Positions 40,080 to 53,804 of a DNA stretch of 64,000 nucleotides are shown piece after piece. A program made the translations under genes and the position numbers. Every line of letters begins with the position of its first letter. Position 1 is the stretch's first letter. The notes under the pieces are model-generated. The model did no database searches, was not told the origin of the DNA, and saw only the letters and a list, made by a program, of their open reading frames with translations. This DNA is from the human T2T-CHM13v2.0 reference genome, Homo sapiens, in the NCBI RefSeq assembly GCF_009914755.1, contig NC_060935.1, one strand, 5' to 3'.

Positions 40080-40569
40080 CGTGATGGTTAATGTTAGGTG
40101 TCAACTTGACTGAATTATGCGATACCCAGATAGCTGGTAGAGCATTATTTCTGGGTGTGTCTGTGTGAGTGTTTCAGGAAGAGACTGGCACTTGCATCTC
40201 TCTCGCCCCCTGTGGGCACAGACCATCAAATCAGCTAAAGGCCTGGATAGAACCACAAGGCAGGGGAAGGGCACATTCTCTCTCCCTCTCCCCTGGAGGT
40301 GGGGCACCCTTCTTCTCCTGCCCTTGGATGTCAGCACTCTAGGTTCTCCAACCTATAGACTCTGGGACTCGCACCAGGGGCTCCCCCAGATCTCAGGCCT
40401 TCAGAGAGTTACACCATTGGCTTCCCTGGTTCTGATGACCTTGGGCATGGACTGAGCCACATTGCCGGCTATCCTGGGTCTCCACCTTGCAGAAGGTTTA
40501 TCATGGGACTTCTCAGCCTCCATAATTGTGTGAGCCAATTCACCTGATAAATTCCCTCATCCTGTCTTG

Positions 40570-40623
<54 letters not shown>

Positions 40624-40754
40624 CCTATCTATCTACCTATCTGTCCATCCATCTTCCTGTGTTCCTATCTATTATCTATCTGTAATCTATCTATCTGTCT
40701 GTCTGTCTTTCTTTTTCTTTCTATCTATATCTATCAATCTATCTATATCTGTCT

Positions 40755-40798
<44 letters not shown>

Positions 40799-40921
40799 CC
40801 TATCTATCCATCCATCTTCCTGTGTTCCTATCTATCTATTATCTATCTGTAATCTATCTATCTGTCTGTCTTTCTTTCTTTTTCTTTCTATCTATATCTA
40901 TCAATCTATCTATATCTGTCT

Positions 40922-40969
<48 letters not shown>

Positions 40970-41137
40970 CCTATCTATCCATCCACCTATCTTCCTGTCT
41001 TCCTATCTATTATCTATCTATCATCTATCTTTCTGTCATCCTATCTATCTATCTATCATCTATCTCCCTATCTATCTATCTATCTTCCTATCTATCTATC
41101 CATCCGTCTTCCTGTCTTCCTATCATCTGTATATCTA

Positions 41138-41185
<48 letters not shown>

Positions 41186-41299
41186 ATCTATCTTCCTATC
41201 TATCTTCCTATCTATCTATCTTCCTATCTATCTATCCATCCATCTTCCTGTCTTCCTATCATCTATCTATATCTATCTATCGATCTATCTATCTGTCTG

Positions 41300-41350
<51 letters not shown>

Positions 41351-41395
41351 CTATCATCTTTTGGTTCTGTTCCTCCAGTGAGCCCTGGCTAACCC
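40080..41395 (+). mobile_element. MLT2 (ERVL) solo LTR containing an expanded TATC array
   Basis: Start gtgatggttaatgttaggtgtcaacttgact, ..cagcctccataattgtgtgagccaattc..ataaattccc, end ttggttctgttcctccagtgagccctggctaa. Confidence 0.9.
40570..41358. repeat. Complex (TATC)n tetranucleotide array with a ~165-bp higher-order duplication
   Basis: Read directly. Interruptions (atcttcctgtgttcc, ctatcaatct) recur at offsets of 163-167 bp. Confidence 0.95.
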
Positions 41396-41869
41396 TAACC
41401 TGCTTGTCATGTATGATCTCCCTCCTCAACTGGCCCCTCCATGCTGCCTCCAGTCCCTGTGTGCCTCTGTGGTCAGATCATCCATTCTCCATGAAGGCTG
41501 AATCAAACCTTCTCCACTTTATAAACTTTACTACTGCATCTCCTCACCCCTACTCTCAGTAGAAGGCCTCTTCCTGCTTCTTAAACGAAACAGAAGCCGA
41601 CAGATAAGTATTTCCTCCATGTCCATCTCCAAACTCATCATCGTGTGCCTGATCTGTGCCCACCCTTCCACTTTCCCTGCCCTTACATGAGAAGCATGTA
41701 ACGTTCCCTCCCATACAAGGTGAATCCCTCCATCCTCCACTGGCTCTGCAGACCCCTTTCCCTCCCACTTCTAGGGACCTTGTTCTGTCAAGTTTACCAT
41801 CTCCCCTTCTTCTCAGTAGGGAAAGTCTCTAAATTATGTGCAAGTCTCTCCCACCCTAAAAACAAATAA

Positions 41870-42949
<1,080 letters not shown>

Positions 42950-44079
42950 TGAGAGTTCTGCCCAGATCCTTTTTATAACCATAGAACAGGTTTCTCTACT
43001 GAGCTCCAGCCCTATGTACCCGAATATTTACTGGACATCTCTACTTAGAGGCTTCATAAGTAATTCCAGCTCAAATGTGTCCAAAGTGAAATTCATTGGC
43101 TTTCCCCCCAAACCTTCTTTTCTTCACATGATCCTGATGTGGCTCACCCGCTTGTTTAAGCCAGAGGCTAGAGCATCATCCAAGGCTTCCCCATTTCCCT
43201 TAGCCCCTATGACCAGTCACTAACTTTTAAAAATCTTACTTCTAAATATTGTTCATCTCTCTATTCCCAGTACTCGTCATAGCGCCTTGTAGACACTTGA
43301 TAAGCAGTGGTCTTATGGCTGGTAGCCCAGGCAGCTCTTGATCCTGTCCCCTGGGTTCCTTCCCCCTTTCCCTGGCTCAGGCCACCATCACCTTTGACCT
43401 GAATGCATCCACGCAACTGGTTTTCCCACCTTCAGTTTTCCCTTCTAGCTCGCTCACTCTCCACACCACAGAGAGTAATCTTTCAAAGCACAAATGAGGT
43501 CTGTCTCATTCTCTTGCTTACACCCTTCAGAAAGCTGTCTCCCAGCACCTAGCATAACACCAGGTCCTTATAAGTACTCAAAAAATATGTGTTCAATGAA
43601 AAAATAATTGGGATCTAAAATAAAGAGGATTTCCAGGCACACGGGAAGTCTAACACCCATTAATCCTGTGCCATTATTGTACTTGCCCGTTTGCAACAAG
43701 GAACATCTTTGGCTTCACACACCCGACCCACAGACTGCGCTTCAGCTGCTGCTGACTCCCTCCCAGAAGGCCCCAGAGTAGTCTTGATTTAAAGGCAGGG
43801 CTGTTGGGGGATTTGGAAGAAGTGTTAAAGAAAAAGGAGCAGCTTTGCTCTATTAAAACCCCTGCCTTTCCAAGCAAATATGGCTGCTCCTGAGCTCACC
43901 CTGGCTTCTGCCATTGCTTGGCCAAGGTGATTAACTGGATGCCTGCTGTGTGCTCATCCCTGCCCCATCAACACCCTCACCTCAACCCTCCTGGTTAGCC
44001 TCTCTGATGTTGAGAATGAAAGTTGTTATTAGCATGATTCACTCTCCAACAGCATGAATATTCGGTGTGACTGTGGCTC

Positions 44080-44124
44080 TGTGTATGTGTGTGTGTGTAC
44101 ATGCTTATGTGTGTGTGTGTGTGT
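44080..44124. repeat. Interrupted (TG)n
   Basis: Read directly. Confidence 0.9.
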
Positions 44125-44275
44125 TGCAGTGGAGGAGGTTGGGATAAAATTGAAAAAAAAAAAAAACAGTCCTAGGAGTTATGCCCTTAGGGCAAAGGGA
44201 AAAGGGGTGCTCACACACTTGTCCTAGAGAGAGATGTACACTTTTGCACAGCTTCCTCCTCACCATAAAAAGGTC

Positions 44276-44292
44276 GGGGGGGGGGGGGGGGG
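44276..44292 (+). repeat. G17 homopolymer
   Basis: Read directly. Confidence 0.95.
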
Positions 44293-45384
44293 CTGTTGGT
44301 CACAGGATTGTGCAAAGCCCTGCAAGGGTTTGGCTGGTGCACCTGCTCTGCTATGTCTCCACCTGCCACACACCATTGCAACCCCCTGGTAACAGAAAGG
44401 TTCCCTTCCCTTCCCCAGGCTGTTGGTGCCGTGGGATCTAACATGCATGTGTCCTGACAGGATGAGAGAGCAGGCACACGCATGAGGCAGCCTGGTGGCA
44501 GAAGGCCCTGCTCTTTTCCAGGATGCCTGTGGTGGCGGGGGGAGCATGGCAATGAAGAAGGGATGGGACAGTGATCAGGAAAGCTTCATGGCTGTCCTAT
44601 GATGACATAGGCCTGGAGACACAGAGGCTGCCTGAGGCCAGCTTGGGGGATTTACGAACTAAATGGAAGAGGCTGTCAGGTTCGAGCTGAGCTCAGTATG
44701 AGGGCTGAGCAGGAGAGCAGATGTCAGGGACTGGGAGTTTGGCCAGCCCTGCCCTCTCCTCCTTGGCAGTATGTCTTCCTGTTGTCAATGGCCACCAGCC
44801 GTCCAGCTTCATTCTCCACTGGGTCTATGACTGCCAGCATCCCGGAGCCACTTCCAGGGACTGGGTTAAGGTGAGAACGTTGTGGTCACCTCTGCTGCCT
44901 ACTCCCACCCTCCCTGCTCCTGCACTTCTCTCTGGCCACAGGTGCCAGGCAGCATGGCTGCACTGCAACAGCCTCCCTACCAGCCCAGGTACCGGCCTTC
45001 TCCATCCTCTCCTGCCACCGCATGTCCCCAGGCACTCCTTCCTCCTCTATCTGTGACAGTCAGAGAACAGGGCTTTCTGCCAGGTTGACATCAACAGCAA
45101 ACAGACACCCCCGGATCTGAGACATCTGTGTCCTATCCAGAAACATACCTCATCCTATGTACTGCAGTGACTCAGTCATGGGCAGAGACACCTGGCTGTC
45201 TTCCCATGATGTTCTTATATGACTCTAACCACCACGCCCCTCTGCCTCGAACCCCTTACCCACACAATCACTTTGGGCCTCAGCCCATCGCTCCAGGAGT
45301 GGAGGAGATGATTGGTAAGAAGAACGCTGGAGGTGCACACTGCCTGGCAACAAAGGACAGGTGGGTGGCAGACGAAAACTTGGG

Positions 45385-45570
45385 GCCTGGCACACCTGGG
45401 TTTGAACTCTGGATAGACCATCTACTTGATGTGTGACCTCTGTGCAGCGATTCAGTTCCTTCTTCTGTAAGATGGGAAAAGAGGATCTAGCCAGTGGGTT
45501 GTGAGAACGAAAGTTAACATTAAGCATTCCTAACACAGTACCCCACATTGCCACTGACTGTAGTTATGCT
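45385..45570 (+). mobile_element. MIR SINE
   Basis: cctgggtttgaactctgg..tgtgtgacct..tcagttccttcttctgtaagatggga. Confidence 0.75.
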
Positions 45571-46407
45571 CATTTGAATATTTCCCTGTCATATGGTAAT
45601 GAGCAGCTCTCTTTGGAGCCACGCACCTTCCTCCCTGGGCTCTGCCAAGGTAGGTCACGGCTCTGAGAGACTGCAGGAAGGCTTCTCAGAGGAGCTGGTA
45701 CTATGAGGGGTGACTCGGCTGGGCTTCTGTCTCTACACACGTCCCTTGCCTTTGCAGAAGCCTCTCACCAGCACCCTTCCTGCCCCGGTGACTTGCTGCC
45801 AGAGCTCTGCCTGGAAGTGTGATGGAAGCCACCTGGCATGAGCTTGAAAGGAACTGCAAATCTCCTATGAGCATTTCCCCCCTGCTCTGTGGTTGGGATG
45901 CAGTGCACGGCCAAGCAGCATGGAAACCTCTGACGTTGGGTGGCTTCTGAATACTAAAGAGGGCGCGGAAAAAATGAAAGCAAAGGAGAAAGATGTCTTG
46001 GTCAGAAGTTTTTCTAATCGCTATGGATTTTTCCCCCATTTTAGTGGATTTGAGAGAGGGTATAGGAAAAGGAAGAGAAAAAAATCAAAAGCAGATTATT
46101 ACCCCGAGCTGCTCTTCCTTTTTATCCTGAGCCATGACAGCAGCTCTCTGCCTGCCCTGTCTGCATGCTAACAGCTAAGGCATGATGCAGGCAAAATATT
46201 GGCAATCGAGCTGAGATTATAGGTTACTTGGATATTGAAAGGCAGAATCAATTAAAATAAAGCTTTCCAGTCACTGGCCAAATTAGCCTCTGGAATCAAA
46301 GCCTTTCTTTTCATTGTCCAGAAGGTTCTAAGGACAGCTGAGATGGGGTTACCCAAATGACTGAAATGAAAAGCTCCCAACTGCAGCACACGACACCTGG
46401 GGAGTAA

Positions 46408-46466
46408 GCACACACACACACACGCACGCACGCACATGCATACATGCACACACATACATGCACACA
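46408..46466. repeat. 59-bp uninterrupted alternating purine-pyrimidine (CA/CG/TA) tract
   Basis: gcacacacacacacacgcacgcacgcacatgcatacatgc... Confidence 0.9.
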
Positions 46467-47177
46467 ACACACTATGCACTTGATACACAGTGGTTACTCA
46501 ATGAATATTTGTTGAGTTTATGATTTTGTGTGTGTACACACTCATACTTATGTGTCTTACCCAGTTATATATACACCATTCTATAATTATTTCAACTTTG
46601 CAATGCTAGGAGTTAACTCTGCCAGGCTTCTGTGAGTTTGTACTAGGCTTACATTTTTCTTTCTCTCTTTATTATAACAAGAATACATTATTTTAATAAA
46701 TACAAAAAGGAAAGGTCTCCTTTGACCACTCTGCCTTTGGTCTACTTTTACAGAAAATGCGGACATTATGGAAAACTTTATAGAAATGTGGCTTTTTACT
46801 AAGCCATCTAACAATAGAATAGAAAAGCAACGAAGATTTCCAGTGCTTCTTCCCTCCTCCCTCTGTCTTCCACCTCCTGAATCTTCAGCAGCATGCACAG
46901 AAAAACCAAGCATAGGAATGTGCTTTGATATCCACCCGGGGCTTTCCCACATTCTCAAAATCTCAAGAGTAGCTCTTCTTAGAAGGTGTGGCCTTGGAAT
47001 GTGGAGAGGCAGCACCATCCAGACAAGGCTGTCCAGGCAGGAGGTCCTGCACATCCACCTTGCAATTCACTTAGGCTTTGCCACTTTGGGGATCTACAGT
47101 TTTAAATAGCTTATGATGAAAGCTCATAACTTTTTCATTTATAAGTGGAGAATTTCAATGAGGAAACAAATAAAAAA

Positions 47178-48530
47178 ACCAATATTTGTTGAGTGCTCCT
47201 GTGCTTCTCCAGGCTGGATGAAGGCTCCAAGATGGCGTCTCACAAGGAGTTCAGAATCTAATGTGCTCAAATCACACAAGTCATTGCCATAAGTGCTACC
47301 GTCAATGTATTTTTAAAAAGAGCCCAGAAAAGAGAGATTCACTCTGCATAGGAGCTTCACTGGCCTTGAGGATGTGCAGGAGTTTGCTAGGTAGAGAAGA
47401 GATGGGATAGATCCCACCAGTGGGAAGATCAGGAACAAAGCTCAGATATCTGGATGTGCACCCAGTGTTTAGGGAATGGTGGATGTGGGGCTAGAGCAGA
47501 GGTGGGGAAGAAATGAGGTGGAAAAGTTGACTGGGGCCAGATGTCCTTGGGCCTTGAAATCCTTCCTACTTCATCCTTTAGGCAATGGGCAGCGATTCCC
47601 GGACATAGGTCCAGAGGCTGGGATTGCCCTGATCAGGGCTGGTTTTGGAAAGACAGCTCTGAAATTAGTGTAGGGAATGAACTTGAGAAAAGAGGCCCTG
47701 CAGGCGGACACTGTCATGAGCTGGAGGCTGAAGCCTGGGACCCCGACGTGGTGGCGAAAATCAGGGAAAAGGCAGGACTGGGGCTATTTCAGAAGTGTTA
47801 GCCATGCTTGGGGGAGAGCAAGGTCTCAGTTAATGCAAAAGACCCTCACCAGCATGACTGGGTGGAAAAGGATGTTTTAATGGACATAAGGAACACAGCA
47901 GATGTAGAGTTTTATTTTTTTTCTTTTTAAAGTTGGTTTGTTTTGTTGATTGGTTTGGAGGCAGAAGAGGTCACGAAGGAGAGGGAAGAATTAAGTTAAG
48001 TTTGTGGCGCTTATGAGCTATGTGGATGGTGGTATCTAGTTTATTTCTCTGAGCTTAGGTAAAAGGTTAAGGCCAAACTATGGGCTTGGGAGCCATGAGC
48101 AAACCCATGATTGGTCAAACTATGAGAATGAATGGATGAAATAAATCAACATGGACAGAAAGAGAGAGTAAAAGAAAAGAGAGAGAAAAATCAGAGATAG
48201 AAAGACAGAGGTCAAGTTCAGATGTACATACCCCTTAGGAGCTTTTCAAGGACGTCGGCAGGGAGCTGGGTTTACAGAGTGGAGAGGACACATCTGCCAA
48301 CTGTGACTGAGCGTGGTCAGAGGGAGGAGAAAAGGCACAAGAGAGCAAAACATCTTGCAAGCTAATGGAGAATAGAATTTTAAGGAGGACAGAGAGGTCA
48401 AAGTCCCCAGGAAGTCAAGTGACAAGATGTGGTCATAGTGTAGGGATGAGTCCCAGAGCCTCCTCCCAGGTCCAAAATGTAGCTAATGATCCGAATGAAA
48501 TCCAGACAGGGAGTCAAGACAGGGAAGGTA
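47178..48530 (-). mobile_element. L2 relic
   Basis: aatatttgttgagtgctcct tail followed by purine-rich antisense L2 body motifs (tttggaaagacagctctg, ttgggagccatgagc). Bounds approximate. Confidence 0.65.
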
Positions 48531-49079
48531 CAGGCTTGTGGGTGCTGAGGGTGTGGACAGGAAGAGAGGCAGGAGACTCAGAGTGAAGGGGAGAGGCCTT
48601 TTGTGTACAGAAAGAAGGAGGTCAGTTCCACAAATGCTGCCGTCTGGAATGCAGAATTTTCTGACTTGCCTAAAAAGATCGAAACAAAACCTAAGAAGCA
48701 GAAAACAAATAAAAATAAGACACCAAATACCAAAAGCCAAATAAGACCACGTAAAAGCAAACAGAGCCTCCTCAAGCCAGAGAGGCCCCTGACCCAGTTT
48801 TGCAGCAGCAAGACCCAGAGTTCCATCCAGGAAGCAGGCTGCGGCAGTGAGTCGCCCAGGCCTAGAAACCAAAAATCCAGCCTGCCTGGAGTCCTCTTGG
48901 GTATGAAAGTTCCTGGAGAATCTATTCATGGCTTCCAATTTCCATTCATCAGGCTGCACATTTGCCTAAGAGCGATTCCACGCTAAACATAACTCAGCCC
49001 AGAAAAATGCTCCTCTGCGCTCTCTTTCCACTGCTGAATTTCAGCTTGGCTTAAGTAACACCATGTGACATAACACAAA

Positions 49080-49460
49080 GAGGTGAAATGAGAGCTCATA
49101 ATTGCATCAGAGGGCTGTGGGGGAGCCACCCCCCACCCCACCTCACCGATTCCCAAGTACACTTGAGGGAGGAGGAAGGAGGGGTGTGTAATTTGTTCAT
49201 TTCTTATATTTTATGGAACACTTCACTTTGCTTTCAGCATAATTATTGTTGTACATTTTGCTGATTCCCATTTGTGTGCTTAAAAAAAAAAACTCTTCAC
49301 TCCCCCCTGCACACTTTTCTTAATGCATTAAAATTAATAACTCGTAACAGTGACCTAATTTGCTTTGAGTACTGTAACTCAGGGTTGTTGTATGCGTGTG
49401 TATTTTTTTTCTTTCCAGATCTGCTAAACCCTTGACATGTTACTGTGGTAACAGGAGCAA
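49080..49460. promoter_or_regulatory. Candidate conserved non-coding element with an RFX X-box
   Basis: cataattgc, gtaatttg, cataattatt, ttaatgcattaa palindrome, X-box GTTACTGTGGTAAC at 49439-49452. Confidence 0.45.
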
Positions 49461-49824
49461 CTTGGGAAGTTCATGAATGAACCTCATTGTGTTCTCCCAA
49501 GAAAGCCCTCTCTCCCACCATTCTTTGCGATGTTTGGAGCTCACCCTTGCCTGTTGTGCCTATATTCAAAGCATTGGAATTGGGCTGCTCCAGGCTGTCT
49601 CCAAATCCATGCTCAATCCCCATCATCTCACTGCCCTACTGCGGAGGTAGCTGCCAGTCTGCCCTTAACTTTCCTAAATGCTCCAGGGCTCTGCATCAGG
49701 AGGGTTCTCCTTCTCTAAGAAAATATACTTTCTTGGTTTAAATCTTCTGCCCTTCCCTGCCATGTCTGTCTGGGCCCTCAGCTAAGGAAGCCTGCTGAAG
49801 ATAGGAAGTAGGTCACTGGATTGC

Positions 49825-50485
49825 TTCATCCCCTGGCTACCACCTCAATCCAAGCCACCAGCTTCTTCCCTAATTGTCTCACTGCATTCTATCTGCTCCC
49901 CCAACCCCCTCCATATCCAGTGCAGTTAGAGGGGTCTTACTAAATCAGGTATCTGGTTGTGTTACTGTCCTGCTCAGTGATCCCAGGATTGTGTCCCTAC
50001 CCCTGCACACAGCTGACCAGGCTCTTCAGAGTCTGCAGACATAGAGCTGTACTTGCCCCAAGGTCCATTGCCTCCTCTGTACATGTTCCTCCTAGCTATC
50101 CTGAACGACCTGGATTTGCCAGGCTATGGCACAGTCATTTTTCTGCATGCTTTCACATTCGGTTCCCTCTGCCAGAATTCCCCTATCCATCTCCCACTCT
50201 CACACAGGACGAGTGTAGACAGCACCTTCTCTCAGAAAGCTTTGGGCAGTTGGATACCCTACCTGTGAGTTCCCACAGGCCTCTATGCTCATCTCAGCAT
50301 GGAACTTATGTGCACTACCTGTGTTTGTCTGCTGGTCTTGCTGGCTTCCCCAGTAAGCTCTTTGAGGGAAAGTCCTGTTTCTTGGACACTGTTGTTTCTT
50401 GGACACTGTTGTTATCTCCAGAACCTATCGCAGTGTCTGGCACATAGGATGTACTGAAATCAAGATTGAATGAATGAATGAATGG
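49825..50485 (+). mobile_element. L2 3' region (contains a 17-bp tandem duplication at 50376-50409)
   Basis: gtaagctctttgaggg..tatctccagaacctatcgcagtgtctggcacatagg..(tgaa)n tail. Confidence 0.8.
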
Positions 50486-51430
50486 ATAGACTGGAATCTA
50501 TTACCTGCCTTTCCTCCCTCCCTCCATACTTCCTTCTTTCCTTCCTTCCTCCCTACCCCACCCTACTTTCCTGTCAATCACTCCACAAGCATTCACTGCT
50601 GGTTATGTGAAAGGGAAGGAGGATATAAAGACGGATTTTATTGTCTTCCAGGAACCCATAGCATTGTGGCATCCAGACTTTGAGACAATCTTAAATACGT
50701 TCTTCTGAAGGCTCCCTTAAGTAAGCCCTCTTGGCTAGTCATTCTAGAGAATGAAGCTGTTTTATGTCCAAATCTACTTTCTAGTAGCAAGTATAAGAAT
50801 GAGGATTCCAAGTCCTAGTTGTCTAAATAATTTAAATATGGAATAGTGGCAGATACCCATATTCATTCTTCCTTACAGCATTCTGGGGAAGATTATCACC
50901 AGTTTACAGACAGTAGCAATGAGGCCAGAAAGGTGGACGAAATCCCCTTATGGCAAAGAGAAAAGATGGTGACAAATGATGCTAGTAACTGAGGGCTGCC
51001 AGCACCCAGGGAGCCCCAGGACACGTGTTGCCTTCTCACCCCAGTAGGAGTAGATGGACGAGGCATACTCGTACCAAGGAGGGCATAAGGATTTTATTTC
51101 CACAGCTACCTGGAGAAGAAAATTCATCATCACCCTCAGCAGACAGCAAGAAAAGAAGAGAAAGAATAAGAATGTATCAAGGAGGCTTGGTATTGATTTT
51201 GAAATCCTGGCTGACAAGACAATGATTTGAGTCCATTTCCATTTTGTGGCTGAAGCCTGGTGCATTCTTTGCCTCTGCCTGACCTCCCAGAGCAGAGTTC
51301 ATCAAGAATCCCCTCTGCTGACACTCCTATCCTGATTCTCAAACAGCCTCTCGCCTGTTTGTCTCCGACAAGAAAGGACATGCACGTGAAAGGAGCAGTG
51401 TGGCTTCCTGTGTCTCCTCTGGAAGAGGAG

Positions 51431-51773
51431 GGCCCTATTTCAAGGCTGATTTCAAATAGTACATTTTAAAAGTCTGCTTAGCCTCACACACATATGAGCA
51501 TCAACATTAGTGTCTTTACGGAGGTTTTCGGCCCGCACAGAAAGGGCAAAGCTCAATGCATTCAACCCAACAAGCAGCAGGTTCCCGTCTTGGACACCGA
51601 AAGTGGGGGGTCCTATTTCAAGACTGATTTCAAATAGCACATTTTAAAATTCTGCTTAACCTCACACAGATATGACCATCAACATTAGTATCGTTATGAA
51701 GGTTTTCGGCCCATACAGAAAGGGCAAGTCTCAATGCATTGAACCCAATAAGCAGCAGGTCCCTGTCTTGGAC
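51431..51773. repeat. Tandem duplication of unique sequence, 2 x 165 bp, period 178 bp
   Basis: 51431-51595 versus 51609-51773: about 19 substitutions, no indels (~88% identity). Confidence 0.95.
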
Positions 51774-51879
51774 GGTCCCTGCTACAGCCACCCCCAGCAG
51801 GCTCTTCAGGCCAGGAAATGTGCTTCTGCTGTGAGTCCCAGCTCTTCGCATGGCCAGAATCCTAAGTAAGGGCAAAAGG

Positions 51880-52400
51880 CCTATGTATTTAATTTACTTG
51901 TAAGTGAACAGCTTCTATGTGTTAGAAAAAAATAAACTCAACCTACAAAATTGTAATTGCTTGAGATTTCACCTCCTGGCCACGTTTCTCTTCCTATGGA
52001 GTTATTAAAACCCACACAATATGATCTAATAATTTATTAATAATCAACATAAATAGATAACAGCTCACATAGCCATAATAGCCAATGCATGTTAAATAAT
52101 GAGGGATTATTTAAAAGACACTTCGCTGGAGAGAAGGAGACATGGTAGTTAGAATCTGCAATTACTGCTGCAGTTGCAGATAAGCATGTACACAAGGCCT
52201 TCTTGGCTGTTCAACTGGCTACCTTGTGCCCCTGTTACTCCATCTGCATTTGGAAGGGGTAGGGTATCAGCCAGTCCCTGCTTAACAGAAAAAGACGTCC
52301 AAATTAATTGGAAGGGAACAAACCATTTCTTCACAGGACAAAGGAAAAATGCTGTGCAATTCAATTTCTCTGAAAGGAGCTCAACAATACTCCATCTCCT
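51880..52400. promoter_or_regulatory. Candidate conserved non-coding element
   Basis: Repeat-free, with gtaattgc, ctaataatttattaataa, gggatta, caattac and aattaatt. Inference. Confidence 0.3.
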
Positions 52401-53804
52401 GTCCCACTATCAAAGTCCCTATCATCAAACCTGGGCATGTCTTTCTCATGGCAGTTTCTTTATCCTTACTCCTTGAAAAATAAGTGAGTGAGCCTAAGTT
52501 CATTGCAGCCTAATGAGGGACTCCCTGGTCCCTTCTGTCATTCTAGTCCCAATTTGTAAGCCCTTCCTCCTTCAAGTCATCACGTTATCTGCCTTAGGGG
52601 AACCTCCTTTATACTCTTTGCATGTTTTAAAGAATTTCAAATTCAATATCAGATGCTTGGCAACTAGATTGGAAGGAAAGCAGAAGGAAAACTGTCTTTA
52701 TTTGTAGATTATTTCATATGTAAAAAAATCCCAAAGAATCTACAAAAAAATCACTAGAACTAATAAATGAAGTCAGCAAGTTCACAAGATCAATACACAA
52801 AATTAATTTGGTTTCTACACACAAGAAATCATCCAAAAATGGAATTAAGATATCAATTCCATTTACAATAGCATAAATAGCATTAAAATAATCAAATTCT
52901 AGAAAGGAGTTTAACAAAAGAAGTGAAATACTTGTACAATTCCCACCAAAAAGGAAAAAAAAAAAACCAAAAACATGGAGAGAAATTAAAGAAGTTCTAA
53001 ATAAATGGAGAGACATTCCATTTTAATGGTTAAAAAATGTTAAGATGACAATTCTTCCCAAATCATCTTTAGGTTAAACACAATTTCTATTAAAATCTCA
53101 ACAGGCTTTTTTCTCCCCTAAAATTGACAATCAAGTTCTAAGATTTACATGGAAATGCAAAGGATCTGGAAAAGACAAAAAAAAAAAAATGCAAAAGAAC
53201 AAAGTTGGAGCATTTAAATTTCCTGGTTTTAAAACATACTACAAAGTTACAGTAATCCACACAGTGTGGTGCTGACAAAACTATAGACATATGGACATAT
53301 AGATCAATGAAGCAGAATTGAGAGCCCAGAATTAAGCTCTTATATTTAGGGATTTTTTTAAAGAAGGTATCAAGATAATTCAATGGAAGAATACTCTTTT
53401 CAACAAATGGTTCTGAAACAACTAGACATTCACAGGCAAAAATATGAACTTAGACCCTGGCCTCATACCACAAGCACAAATTAACCCCAAATTGATATTG
53501 ACATAAATGTAGAAGCTAAAACTACAAAAATTTTAAAAGAAAATATAGTAGAAAACCACTGTGACTTTGGGTTTTTCTATACACACCAAAAGCACAATCC
53601 ATAGAATAACATGAAGAATGTGAACTTCATCAAAATTAAAAATTTCTGCATTTGAAAAGACAATATTAGGAAAATGAAAAGAGGAGCCACACACTGAGAG
53701 AAAATTCCATGAATCATATACTTGATAAATAACTTGCTGTAGAACGTATAGGAAACTCTTAAAATATAATAATAAGTAAGTAATGCCATTAAAAATGGAT
53801 GAAA

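Noticed and set aside
40526-41562. 331-aa and 108-aa ORFs (YLSI repeats)
   Set aside because: Translations of the TATC microsatellite, which lacks stop codons on this strand.
48603-48986. 127-aa lysine-rich ORF
   Set aside because: The composition comes from an A-rich low-complexity stretch, and there is no ATG start or recognisable homology.
50571-50580. Second PBX-MEIS decamer (ctgtcaatca)
   Set aside because: It lies in low-complexity, L2-tail-like sequence without supporting motifs.
51452-51875. Two paralogous minus-strand peptides in the duplication
   Set aside because: The similarity simply follows from the DNA duplication. Many changes are non-synonymous, the period is not a multiple of 3, and there is no recognisable domain.
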